From Sulfurimonadaceae bacterium (GTDB lineage: Bacteria; Campylobacterota; Campylobacteria; Campylobacterales; Sulfurimonadaceae), in contig JBFEXS010000026.1 in the NCBI GenBank assembly GCA_041562555.1, forward strand, positions 1-21,364: 21,364 bases of DNA. The letters run 5' to 3'. Shown piece by piece: positions 1 to 7,607 of this stretch. Numbering within the stretch: position 1 is the stretch's first letter; every line of letters begins with the position of its first letter. The position numbers and the translations under genes were made by a program. The notes beneath the pieces were generated by a model that had not been told where the DNA came from, made no database searches, and worked only from the letters and a program-made list of their open reading frames with translations.

Positions 1-300
1 CAGCAAGCGACACGTGATGCATATGCTGCGATTGCCCATTATGGTATGGACAAAGAAGTGGGATATATCAATATCAATGGTATTATGGATGCCCAGGGTA
101 AGACGATCAATATGAAAGACACCAAGCATTATCATGAGAAGATCGATGCAGCGCTTGAGCGATGGATGCAAGAAGGTCAAAGAAACATCAATGACTTTGT
201 CAATGAACATTGGAAGCTTATCGACACCCTTGCGAACACCCTTTTAGAAAAAGAGATCATCTATGAGGAAGAATTGGATGAGATCCTGGCGCAAGCCTAG
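1..300 (+). CDS. FtsH-like ATP-dependent metalloprotease, C-terminal peptidase M41 region (5' partial)
   Basis: The frame is open from base 1: QQATRDAYAAIAHYGMDKEVG...HWKLIDTLANTLLEKEIIYEEELDEIL. This matches the M41 tail pattern (AT..A..M...GM; L..LA..LLEKE.I...E...I). Confidence 0.8.
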   Translation, partial: QQATRDAYAAIAHYGMDKEVGYININGIMDAQGKTINMKDTKHYHEKIDAALERWMQEGQRNINDFVNEHWKLIDTLANTLLEKEIIYEEELDEILAQA

Positions 301-310
301 GAAAACAGAC

Positions 311-730
311 TTAGTACTCTTTTGGGCCCTGCTCCAAATATAGGGCTGTTTCAGTATCCCGTGTGGCAGTATGGGAGATAAGCCATTTCTTGTACTCCCC
401 TTCTAAAAAGCCCTGTACTTCCGAAAAGCTGCGAATCGCCAGCCAGCGTTCAAAATATTTTGCCAACTTCAATCGCATCGCATCATGGTCTTCTTTGTGT
501 ATCTTATAACGTTCATACTCTTTTTCCTGCATCATACTCTCTTCTGCAGCAAAATGGTCTTCAACATCAAATAAAAAGTTTTTAAACGCCTCATCAATTT
601 TTTTAAGATCAGGCTCTTGGGCGGTTAAAGTCTCATAAAGCGTATTCAACACTTCCATCTCTTCTTCGTGTAGCATGTTAATCTCTTCATTAACGACTGA
701 GCGTAGCTCTTGCTCTTGAATTAGCATCAT
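311..730 (-). CDS. Single-domain bacteriohemerythrin
   Basis: All di-iron ligand motifs are present: LHEE, DHFAAEE, IHKEDH, WLISHTATRD. GGAG RBS upstream. Confidence 0.9.
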   Translation of the reverse strand: MMLIQEQELRSVVNEEINMLHEEEMEVLNTLYETLTAQEPDLKKIDEAFKNFLFDVEDHFAAEESMMQEKEYERYKIHKEDHDAMRLKLAKYFERWLAIRSFSEVQGFLEGEYKKWLISHTATRDTETALYLEQGPKEY

Positions 731-760
731 TTCTCCATAAATAGACAGATTTAAAAAGGA

Positions 761-769
761 ATTATAGCT
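761..769 (-). promoter_or_regulatory. Putative sigma70 -10 element for the hemerythrin gene
   Basis: AGCTATAAT on the minus strand, about 30 nt upstream of the start codon. Confidence 0.55.
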
Positions 770-858
770 TTAAAAAGTTTATCTTGACTGACAGATATGA
801 AGAAGTTCAGTATCTCAGCTTAAGGCAAAGGGAAGATGGGATTTTAGCTCTCTATTAG

Positions 859-866
859 GTTATACT
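859..866 (+). promoter_or_regulatory. Putative -10 element of the Crp/Fnr gene (leaderless configuration)
   Basis: GTTATACT ends 6 nt before the ATG at 873, and there is no Shine-Dalgarno sequence. Confidence 0.5.
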
Positions 867-872
867 GTCATC

Positions 873-1499
873 ATGAAACATGATGATCTATTAAATACAT
901 TAAAACAGATATATCTTTTTGACAAACTTGGCGATGATGAGCTTAAAGCTCTAAGTAGTATTTGCACACAGCAGCGTTATGACCGGGATAGCTGTCTTTT
1001 TTTACAAGGGGAACAGGGAAACCATCTCTTGATCCTTGTCGAAGGTATGGTAAGCGTCTATAAAACAGATGACAAGGGAAATGAGATCATTATCAATAAT
1101 TTTCATCCTGTCTCCCTTATCGCCGAGCCAGCTTTGCTTCAAGGAGCCCCATATCCTTCATCGGCCCGTGTAAAAGAACCAAGCGTGCTGATCAGGATCG
1201 AGCTTGAGAAGTTTAAAAACAGTTTTCTGCATAAAGGTGATATCGCACTGAATATAATCAACTCCCTGCTCTTTAAAGTGCAACTCTTGCAAAACACAAT
1301 TGCAATAAACCTTTCTGGGAGCGCCAGAGAAAAGATCATCAACTTTTATCAGAATGAAAACTTTCAATCCCGTCGGTATAAGCAGTATGAGATAGCGGCT
1401 TTGTTAAGCATATCCCCTGAGACACTTTCTCGCAATCTTAAAAAGCTACAGCAAGAGGGACTGATAGGAAAAAAAGGCCAACGGTTTTATTGGATATAG
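873..1499 (+). CDS. Crp/Fnr family transcriptional regulator (Nss/Dnr-like, no N-terminal FNR Cys cluster)
   Basis: cNMP-binding domain (LFLQGEQG..LLILVEGMVSVYK..DKGNEII; IAEPALL..PYPSSA) and a C-terminal HTH (KQYEIAALLSISPETLSRNLKKL). Confidence 0.92.
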   Translation: MKHDDLLNTLKQIYLFDKLGDDELKALSSICTQQRYDRDSCLFLQGEQGNHLLILVEGMVSVYKTDDKGNEIIINNFHPVSLIAEPALLQGAPYPSSARVKEPSVLIRIELEKFKNSFLHKGDIALNIINSLLFKVQLLQNTIAINLSGSAREKIINFYQNENFQSRRYKQYEIAALLSISPETLSRNLKKLQQEGLIGKKGQRFYWI

Positions 1500-1585
1500 T
1501 CCATGTCACCTCTCCTTTTATACCCTTATTAAGGCGCATCATCTTATAATTTCATATATAAATAACTATATAAAGGTTCGTAATA

Positions 1586-1981
1586 ATGAGTACAGAAAAA
1601 AAATGGGATCTGCTGTATATTCAAGATACTGCATCTCACCTTAACGCTGAGACTGAGGCATTTGACAGCTTTTTTAAAAGTGTTGACAAAGTTACAGGCA
1701 ATGAAACTGCCCTGAAACGACTTTATATTAATAAATATGACATTGTGATCCATGATTCTACAGTCAATTTCAGAAACAGCATCGCTTTCCTGAAGGAGAT
1801 CAAAGAGATGAAACCTGAACTTGAAGTATTTGCATTCGCCTCATTAAGTGATGAAGATAAAGTTGGGCATGTGATTGATGCAGGAGTAAACGCTTTTGTA
1901 TTGACTGCAGACCAGTTTGATCAGGCGCTGGAAACAGTTGCGCAGATAGAGATTTCCAAGAAAGAGGCAAAAACAAAATAA
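1586..1981 (+). CDS. Stand-alone atypical response-regulator receiver domain
   Basis: CheY-like pattern: LLYIQD, YDIVIHD, FLKEIKEMKP, AGVNAFV. The conserved Lys after beta5 is absent. Confidence 0.75.
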   Translation: MSTEKKWDLLYIQDTASHLNAETEAFDSFFKSVDKVTGNETALKRLYINKYDIVIHDSTVNFRNSIAFLKEIKEMKPELEVFAFASLSDEDKVGHVIDAGVNAFVLTADQFDQALETVAQIEISKKEAKTK

Positions 1982-1994
1982 GAATATGAAGATA

Positions 1995-2501
1995 TTACTG
2001 AAACAGTGATATCCTCTTTTCTTTTAATCGCGTTATGTACACTTTAAGATCGTCGCAATCCCTTACTTTTATCTTCTCGCCTTCCACCGTCACTGACCTT
2101 ATATGTTTGTTGATCTTAAAGTCATCCTCATAAGTGGGTGGTGTTTCCAGACAATATTCGGATAGTTGTATAAGACTGTCCTCATCCTGGCAAAGTTCCT
2201 TAAGTGATCTGGACAGTTTCAATACATGCTCATACTGTTTTTGGAAAACATCAAGGCTTTCATCGCCGCCTGATCCGGATTGAAAGTCCAAGACTTTATC
2301 TTTAAAACCCTTTGCCTGGTATATGTTCAAAGCCTCATTAAGAAGCTCAACCTCTTTGATGGTAGTATGCATCAGGTATGTTTGTGTATTATCCACTTGA
2401 AAACCTGTTTGCTTGTTTACATAATCAAAACAAAAATACAGTTCACAGTCATGATAGGGTTTTCTATCATTGATGTGAAAGGTAGGTATACTGTCGTTCA
2501 T
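1995..2501 (-). CDS. Hypothetical protein (about 168 aa), probably co-transcribed with the NifU-C gene
   Basis: Long ORF. I placed the start at ATG 2501 (alternative GTG 2507), just after the NifU-C stop at 2510, to avoid the overlap shown in the ORF track. Confidence 0.7.
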   Translation of the reverse strand: MNDSIPTFHINDRKPYHDCELYFCFDYVNKQTGFQVDNTQTYLMHTTIKEVELLNEALNIYQAKGFKDKVLDFQSGSGGDESLDVFQKQYEHVLKLSRSLKELCQDEDSLIQLSEYCLETPPTYEDDFKINKHIRSVTVEGEKIKVRDCDDLKVYITRLKEKRISLFQ

Positions 2502-2509
2502 GTCCACGT

Positions 2510-2785
2510 TTATACGGCAAAAACGCGGATATCTTCTGAAAGTTTGGTCTGCAAGATGTTTTGAATCGACATCAAGGTTCCTCCTGACGAAGGACAGGCA
2601 ACACAAGCCCCTTGATACTCGATATACACTATAATCAGTCCATTCTTCTCTTCTACATTCACCAACTCTAGGTCTCCGTTGTCTCTATGTAGAAATCCTC
2701 GGATACTCTCTTCGATAATCTCATCAATAGCATTAATCTTTTCAGTAAGGCTTCTAGTATTAAACTCTGCAGTCTGTTCACTCAT
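2510..2785 (-). CDS. NifU C-terminal (Nfu-type) domain protein, Fe-S cluster carrier
   Basis: IRGFLHRDNGDLELV...IEYQGACVACPSS..TL..IQNIL is the Nfu CxxC signature. AAAGGA RBS precedes ATG 2785. Confidence 0.9.
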   Translation of the reverse strand: MSEQTAEFNTRSLTEKINAIDEIIEESIRGFLHRDNGDLELVNVEEKNGLIIVYIEYQGACVACPSSGGTLMSIQNILQTKLSEDIRVFAV

Positions 2786-2960
2786 ATTTATTCCTTTGTG
2801 GATGGGCAAAAGCCCAAAATGACTAAGGAAGTTTACAACTTTATTGTTTGAAGTCACTTAAAGTAAAAACCATATGTTTTATGTCAGTAAACAACAAGTG
2901 AATAAGCCAAGCAGAACCTGTAAAGAGTATAATGCATCTAACGAACAACAAGGGAATAAA

Positions 2961-3854
2961 ATGGGTGGTTTTGCTGGTGGTGATGAAGCCGGTTACTGGG
3001 AAGAAAACACGTTTCAAGATACACAGAACATGGATAGAGACAAGGATGTGTTCCATCTAAAGAAAGAGCATGATCAATTGAGTATAAGAGCACATGCGAG
3101 GATCGATGTCTTTGTCAAGCTGACCGGTGTTCAAGAGGAGAAGCTCAATCTTTTGTGCCGAAGTGTGCGCGCAGACAACATTTATGACACTATTAGCTTT
3201 GTACCGTCGGTCTGTGAGTGTTTTACAATTGAGGGATGTGATGAGATTCCCATACATGAAAACAGTATCACTCACGCCTATAAGGCATTGATCGACTTTA
3301 CTGACGACTCCGATATCGAGGAGTTTTTCAAGGAGCATAAAGTAGTGGTCAAGAAAAACATCCCGAAAAAGATTGGTTTCGGCTCCGCCGCTTCAGATGC
3401 GGCCTCGTTTTTATTGTTATGTAAAGAAGCTTGCAGCCTTGTGCTGACCATGGATGAACTAATGCATATCGGAAACAGCTCGGGCATGGACATGGCATTT
3501 TTTCTTCATCCACATACTTCATCCACTCTCCTTGGTTCTGGAGAGATCGTCACACCCTTCCCCGAAGCACCTTTGCAGTTTGAATATTTCATTCCCACGA
3601 CAGATCTTGACGATACAGTTATCTTAGGGCATATATTCAATCAAACACAAGACACGCTTGCTTGCCAGACATTTCGTACATTTACACAGCTTGAATCATT
3701 GAAAATCCTTGAGCAGTCCGTAGATCCGGCGGATCTAAATGACTTCTATGCTGCGGCGCTACAGGTTTATCCCAAGTTGGCCCAGGAAGCAAGGCCAGGA
3801 TGGTTTTTCTCAGGAAAGGCTTTCATAAGGGTCTTGTCGCAAGATCGAGCTTAA
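2961..3854 (+). CDS. IspE-like GHMP kinase-fold protein with degenerate motifs
   Basis: AHARIDVFVKLTG, IYDTISF, KKNIPKKIGFGSAASDAASFL, GMDMAFFL and NDFYAAAL align with IspE blocks. AAGGGA RBS precedes ATG 2961 (alternative start 2874). Confidence 0.75.
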   Translation: MGGFAGGDEAGYWEENTFQDTQNMDRDKDVFHLKKEHDQLSIRAHARIDVFVKLTGVQEEKLNLLCRSVRADNIYDTISFVPSVCECFTIEGCDEIPIHENSITHAYKALIDFTDDSDIEEFFKEHKVVVKKNIPKKIGFGSAASDAASFLLLCKEACSLVLTMDELMHIGNSSGMDMAFFLHPHTSSTLLGSGEIVTPFPEAPLQFEYFIPTTDLDDTVILGHIFNQTQDTLACQTFRTFTQLESLKILEQSVDPADLNDFYAAALQVYPKLAQEARPGWFFSGKAFIRVLSQDRA

Positions 3855-3953
3855 GTAAACAAAGAGCATATACTTTAGTCATAAATTTTAAATCATGTCT
3901 AGGTGTATAAAGGTTATAAATCGACGATGAATTCTAAATAATAAAGGACAGAT

Positions 3954-4127
3954 ATGAGTATAGAAGAGATAGAATTGGAACTGGAATTAGCAGGCCTGAG
4001 CAGGGAACAGATAAACAAGCTCATTTCCTCAGTACGCCAAAATGGTTTTGATGCAGAAGCTTTGGATAAGAAACTACAACTCATGGGATTTGAAAAAGTG
4101 TTTACTATCTATGATGATATAGACTAG
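3954..4127 (+). CDS. Small hypothetical protein (57 aa; not in ORF track)
   Basis: MSIEEIELELELAGLSREQINKLISSVRQNGFDAEALDKKLQLMGFEKVFTIYDDID, with a strong AAAGGA RBS and a downstream hairpin. Confidence 0.8.
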   Translation: MSIEEIELELELAGLSREQINKLISSVRQNGFDAEALDKKLQLMGFEKVFTIYDDID

Positions 4128-4138
4128 ATTTCACGATG

Positions 4139-4158
4139 GAGGCTCCAGGGCCTCTTTT
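4139..4158 (+). terminator. Possible short intrinsic terminator between convergent genes
   Basis: GAGGC-TCCAGG-GCCTC followed by TTTT. Confidence 0.4.
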
Positions 4159-4162
4159 ACGA

Positions 4163-4372
4163 TTAACGTTTTACCGTAGCTTGGTTACAGCCATCGAGTT
4201 TTATACGGTCCTCTTCAAAGACCTGAAGCCATTCAAGCATGTGATCTTGTGTCAGAACGACGGCACCCTCTTTACGTTTAAGACTGGTCTCATCCACAGG
4301 TTTAACATCTTTGAAATACTTTCTAGCCTCTTTTAGGAGTCTTTGATGTGCTTTTACATGTAACTTACTCAT
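4163..4372 (-). CDS. Hypothetical protein (69 aa)
   Basis: ORF with a GAAGGA RBS 5-6 nt upstream. It fits the gap between its neighbours. Confidence 0.7.
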   Translation of the reverse strand: MSKLHVKAHQRLLKEARKYFKDVKPVDETSLKRKEGAVVLTQDHMLEWLQVFEEDRIKLDGCNQATVKR

Positions 4373-4484
4373 GCTTGATCCTTCAGAATTTTAGTAATTG
4401 TATAGTGTAGCTAGTTTATACCTTATAAAGTGTTAAAAACTTCGGCTTTGTACACTTTTAAAGGAAAAACAACAAATTTAATAC

Positions 4485-4760
4485 CTATTGCCCTACTTCT
4501 GGTTTGACTTCTTGGATATCACTTATATTTTCCGGTGAAATATCAAGGGCCAATGCAACATATGAGGCAAGTGCGTTGTCATCGACTGCTTCCTGACACT
4601 CATCAGATGTATTATAGATCACAAGCCTTCCCTCTTTTATGATGACATCCATAGCTCTTACACCAAGTTCCGCTGCAATATTATGCAGATCCGGACGGTT
4701 TAAGTGGACTCCATCGACCTTCATTGAAAATCCTGCGCGTGTTTCCGGCATTCCAAACAT
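4485..4760 (-). CDS. Hypothetical protein (91 aa)
   Basis: ORF with an AGGA RBS, co-oriented with and downstream of trxA. Confidence 0.75.
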   Translation of the reverse strand: MFGMPETRAGFSMKVDGVHLNRPDLHNIAAELGVRAMDVIIKEGRLVIYNTSDECQEAVDDNALASYVALALDISPENISDIQEVKPEVGQ

Positions 4761-4824
4761 TGTACTTCCTGCTTATATAAGTTTTTCGTGTGATATGGTA
4801 AATTGAATAGTTCTACAAATACGA

Positions 4825-5196
4825 CTACGCGTTAGCAGCCGCTTCATTTGCGATCTCTTCATGAACCTTGGCCATATCCAGTTCTTTCGCCTGTCGGATG
4901 ACATCGTTAAGAGCTTCCTCTGGAAGCATACCGCCCTTGTTGAAGACAATAACACCCTCTTTAACGATCATGAGTGTCGGTATGGAACGGATAGCGAACT
5001 GTCCTGCCAATTCTCGCTGTTCTTCTGTGTTGACCTTTGCAAAGGTGATCTCAGGGTTGTTATCCGCTACTTTTTCAAATATTGGAGCAAACTGTTGACA
5101 CGGTCCACACCATTCTGCCCAGAAGTCAATCACAACCGTCTCATTGTTCTCAATTGTCTCGTTAAAGTTTTCAGTAGTTAAATTAATATATGCCAC
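4825..5196 (-). CDS. trxA: Thioredoxin (123 aa, with a C-terminal helical extension)
   Basis: VIDFWAEWCGPC active site and IRSIPT cis-Pro motif. GTG start at 5196 follows an AAAAGGA RBS. Confidence 0.95.
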   Translation of the reverse strand: MAYINLTTENFNETIENNETVVIDFWAEWCGPCQQFAPIFEKVADNNPEITFAKVNTEEQRELAGQFAIRSIPTLMIVKEGVIVFNKGGMLPEEALNDVIRQAKELDMAKVHEEIANEAAANA

Positions 5197-5329
5197 AAAT
5201 GTCCTTTTTTGGCCGAAGTATATCACAAGGAAAAATCTCTTGACTTAAAATTATGTGTTAAATAATTGATGTTTATTTTACTTCATACTATGCAGTAACA
5301 GACCAGTAGACGAGAGAATATTTCAAACA

Positions 5330-5346
5330 TGATTAAAAGTTAATCA
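5330..5346. promoter_or_regulatory. Perfect inverted repeat, candidate transcription-factor site in the divergent trxA intergenic region
   Basis: TGATTAA-AAG-TTAATCA. Confidence 0.35.
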
Positions 5347-5447
5347 ATATTTTGTATAAAAAATATCACAACTATGTATACTTGGAGTATGGGCTTACTA
5401 TTGATCATGAGTCAACAGTGTGCTCAAATACACATCAAAGGGATAAT

Positions 5448-5746
5448 ATGCAACAGGTGTTGAAAGACAAACTTGAGACAACAGTATCACTCATTGATAA
5501 TGTCATGGTTGACCCGGATATTGATCTGGAATACTGCATACCTGAAGTGGCGATGACACTCGATGACAGTGAAATAGAATCGGATCCATATATCTTGGTG
5601 AAATATAGCGAAGACAGTTATATAGAGCGGAAGATACATTTGAACGATCACTATCAGATCAGTCAACAGAAGAGATAGCCAATTTTATCACATTCTCTAT
5701 TGAACAGTTTAAAGAGGAGGTAGATTCATTAAAGTATGGTATGTAG
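5448..5746 (+). pseudogene. Acidic hypothetical protein (about 99 aa if repaired) interrupted by a 1-nt frameshift near 5655
   Basis: AAAGGGA RBS and ATG 5448. The first frame reads MQQVLKDK...IHLNDHY. A second frame from 5657 continues DQSTEEIANFITFSIEQFKEEVDSLKYGM to the stop at 5746, directly followed by a terminator-like hairpin. Confidence 0.7.
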
Positions 5747-5755
5747 TATTTGTTG

Positions 5756-5789
5756 AGTCATTTTCAAACTTCCATTTGAAAATGGCTTT
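5756..5789 (+). terminator. Stem-loop, probable terminator
   Basis: AGTCATTTTCAAA-CTTCCA-TTTGAAAATGGCT forms a 13-bp stem with one G-U pair, 10 nt after the 5746 stop. Confidence 0.6.
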
Positions 5790-5885
5790 AACCCAAACCT
5801 ATCGATTAACTATAATACGGAACAAATAACCGCTATTTACTTTCTGCAGCCGTACAGGTAAAACCTTTATCCTTAGAATCGTTTC

Positions 5886-6572
5886 CTATAATACTTTCAA
5901 AATGGCCTGAAGCACTTCAAGAATATTATCTGATTGTCTATCGACACAAATGGTCTCAACTTCCATAAGAAAGATCTGACCGTCTATCTCAATTGCACCC
6001 TGCTTCATCTTTCGCACCTGTTTTACAACAGCATCGATATCATCTATCACGCTATTTGTCTGATCCTTGGAGATCAACTCAAGTCCCACATTCATAGAAC
6101 TGTAGCTCCTGTTTGCATACGCTTCGTAATGTGTCATGATGGCATTTTGCGAACACGCCTTATGCAGCATACTTCTGTAAGGCGATATTACCTCTTTAAT
6201 ACCTTTTTCCTTCAGCCAATCAGCGATGATCTCAGCCAACTCTGCACTGCGGTTCATTTGATGATAAAGGGCACCATGAAACCTGACGCACTCCACTTTG
6301 CTAAAGTTTTCAAGTTGTTCATCAAGTGCACGGATCAACTCATCCGTGGACATAGGCATCACTTCCAGACCGTGGTTTTCTTTATCCGGATAGGAAAGGT
6401 AGGCACATGTCTTGACATTATGCTGCTTTGCCAACTCCTCGTAATATTGGATACTCTGGGCATCACCGGCATGACCTCCAGCGGCAATCATCGCGACGTG
6501 CACAAGAGAGACAAGCTTGTCATCCAATGCATTTGCGGGACCTTTTTCACCTACTGTACAATTGATTAACAT
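5886..6572 (-). CDS. LamB/YcsF (PxpA, 5-oxoprolinase subunit A)-like protein with degenerate motifs
   Basis: INCTVGE, IAAGGHAGD, AYLSYPDKENHG, RFHGALYH, EAYANRSY and ETICV align with PxpA blocks. Confidence 0.85.
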   Translation of the reverse strand: MLINCTVGEKGPANALDDKLVSLVHVAMIAAGGHAGDAQSIQYYEELAKQHNVKTCAYLSYPDKENHGLEVMPMSTDELIRALDEQLENFSKVECVRFHGALYHQMNRSAELAEIIADWLKEKGIKEVISPYRSMLHKACSQNAIMTHYEAYANRSYSSMNVGLELISKDQTNSVIDDIDAVVKQVRKMKQGAIEIDGQIFLMEVETICVDRQSDNILEVLQAILKVL

Positions 6573-6595
6573 ATGACCCCTTTATAATGAGGGGA

Positions 6596-6604
6596 ATTAT
6601 AGCA
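6596..6604 (-). promoter_or_regulatory. Extended -10 promoter of the PxpA-like gene
   Basis: TGCTATAAT on the minus strand, 23 nt upstream of the ATG. Confidence 0.65.
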
Positions 6605-6675
6605 TCTTAAAAGCGCGTTGTAGAGTTAACGGGAGGATATGGCCGTCAAGACTTTCTGAGAGAAAAGGGTATGCA

Positions 6676-6906
6676 CTACCCTCTTTCTAGAAACAGTCTG
6701 TATCCGTTTGTTTCATGGGATGCGATAACATGGGCTAATCTCCATCCGTCTTTGTAGAGTTCCGTCAATGTTGTTTTTGAGTTTTGCACCTGCGATACAC
6801 CATCCGTAGTTTCACCACCTGTTGACTGTTTCTTCGCATCGGTAACCTGTATGATTTCCGAGTCCTCATTGTAGAGCACAGCACAAAAGTAAACACGTAT
6901 TTCCAT
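6676..6906 (-). CDS. Hypothetical protein (76 aa)
   Basis: AAAGGA RBS and an upstream GGTTACAAT -10. The C-terminus LTELYKDGWRL..V...Y.LFLER resembles small DUF4177-like proteins. Confidence 0.75.
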   Translation of the reverse strand: MEIRVYFCAVLYNEDSEIIQVTDAKKQSTGGETTDGVSQVQNSKTTLTELYKDGWRLAHVIASHETNGYRLFLERG

Positions 6907-7074
6907 GCCAAATCCTTTTATATATAAAGTCTAAAAGACCATTGTAACCAAACTTATGAATACATAAGATAAAGAAAACGTGTTAATTTTTATGGACATT
7001 TCAGAAGCTATTTTTTAGAATTTCATAATTTCTTTCATATCTATATGGAGTGAGTATTACGGAGGAATACGACT

Positions 7075-7593
7075 ATGGAATATGATTTCACTACACAACG
7101 GCTGATTGTCAAAGAGTGGCATGCCTTTGACCCAAAAGAGCTTGGTCAGCCCGACTTGGTGGAGATTGTGTCAAACATGTTAACACGGGATGTTACGGGG
7201 AACTTCCCCTTCATGTGGCAGGGCGAATACAACCGCAAAAGAGCAGAAGCCTGGATCAAGGAGCGTGATAAAGAGGCGAAAACCCTCCTTGCGGTAGAAA
7301 AAGATACCAACCGCCCCATAGGCTACATCACTTTCTTTACGGTCGGGGATAGAAACAAGGGCCTTAACCTGCGTATCGGCTATCTGCTCTCCAAGGCGAA
7401 ATGGGGCAAGGGGTTAGCCACAGAGCTTGTTCACGGATTCAAACACTGGTGTCAGAAACATGACATTCTTTCTCTTTATGCTTCTGTTGATCCGGACAAC
7501 ATCGGCTCCATCCGTGTTCTGGAAAAGAACAGCTTCACCACTGAGAGAAAAGACAGTAACGGCAGATCCTTGCTGTTCGCCTATGATTTTTAG
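7075..7593 (+). CDS. GNAT N-acetyltransferase, RimJ/RimL type
   Basis: IGYLLSKAKWGKGLATE and VDPDNIGSIRVLEKNSF motifs. GGAGG RBS. Confidence 0.92.
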   Translation: MEYDFTTQRLIVKEWHAFDPKELGQPDLVEIVSNMLTRDVTGNFPFMWQGEYNRKRAEAWIKERDKEAKTLLAVEKDTNRPIGYITFFTVGDRNKGLNLRIGYLLSKAKWGKGLATELVHGFKHWCQKHDILSLYASVDPDNIGSIRVLEKNSFTTERKDSNGRSLLFAYDF

Positions 7594-7607
7594 GCATATT
7601 CTCCTAT

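Noticed and set aside
2803..2816. TGGGC-AAAA-GCCCA hairpin as part of a c-di-GMP-I riboswitch
   Set aside because: It is only a 5-bp stem. The second stem and the tetraloop/receptor elements are not evident.
5401..5415. TTGATCATGAGTCAA as an FNR/Nss box
   Set aside because: The spacing is TTGA-N7-TCAA, one base longer than the canonical TTGA-N6-TCAA.
5352..5447. N-terminal extensions given by the ORF track (also 2786-2857, 5197-5226, 8115-8162, 8651-8773, 19929-19961)
   Set aside because: Downstream starts have clear SD sequences, and the extensions run over intergenic or promoter regions.
5934..6569. 211-aa plus-strand ORF
   Set aside because: It is an antisense shadow of the PxpA-like gene, with no RBS or recognisable motifs.
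6577..6594. CCCCT/AGGGG hairpin sequestering the RBS of the PxpA-like gene
   Set aside because: The predicted TSS, about 7 nt after the -10, falls past the anti-SD arm, so the hairpin would probably not be in the mRNA.
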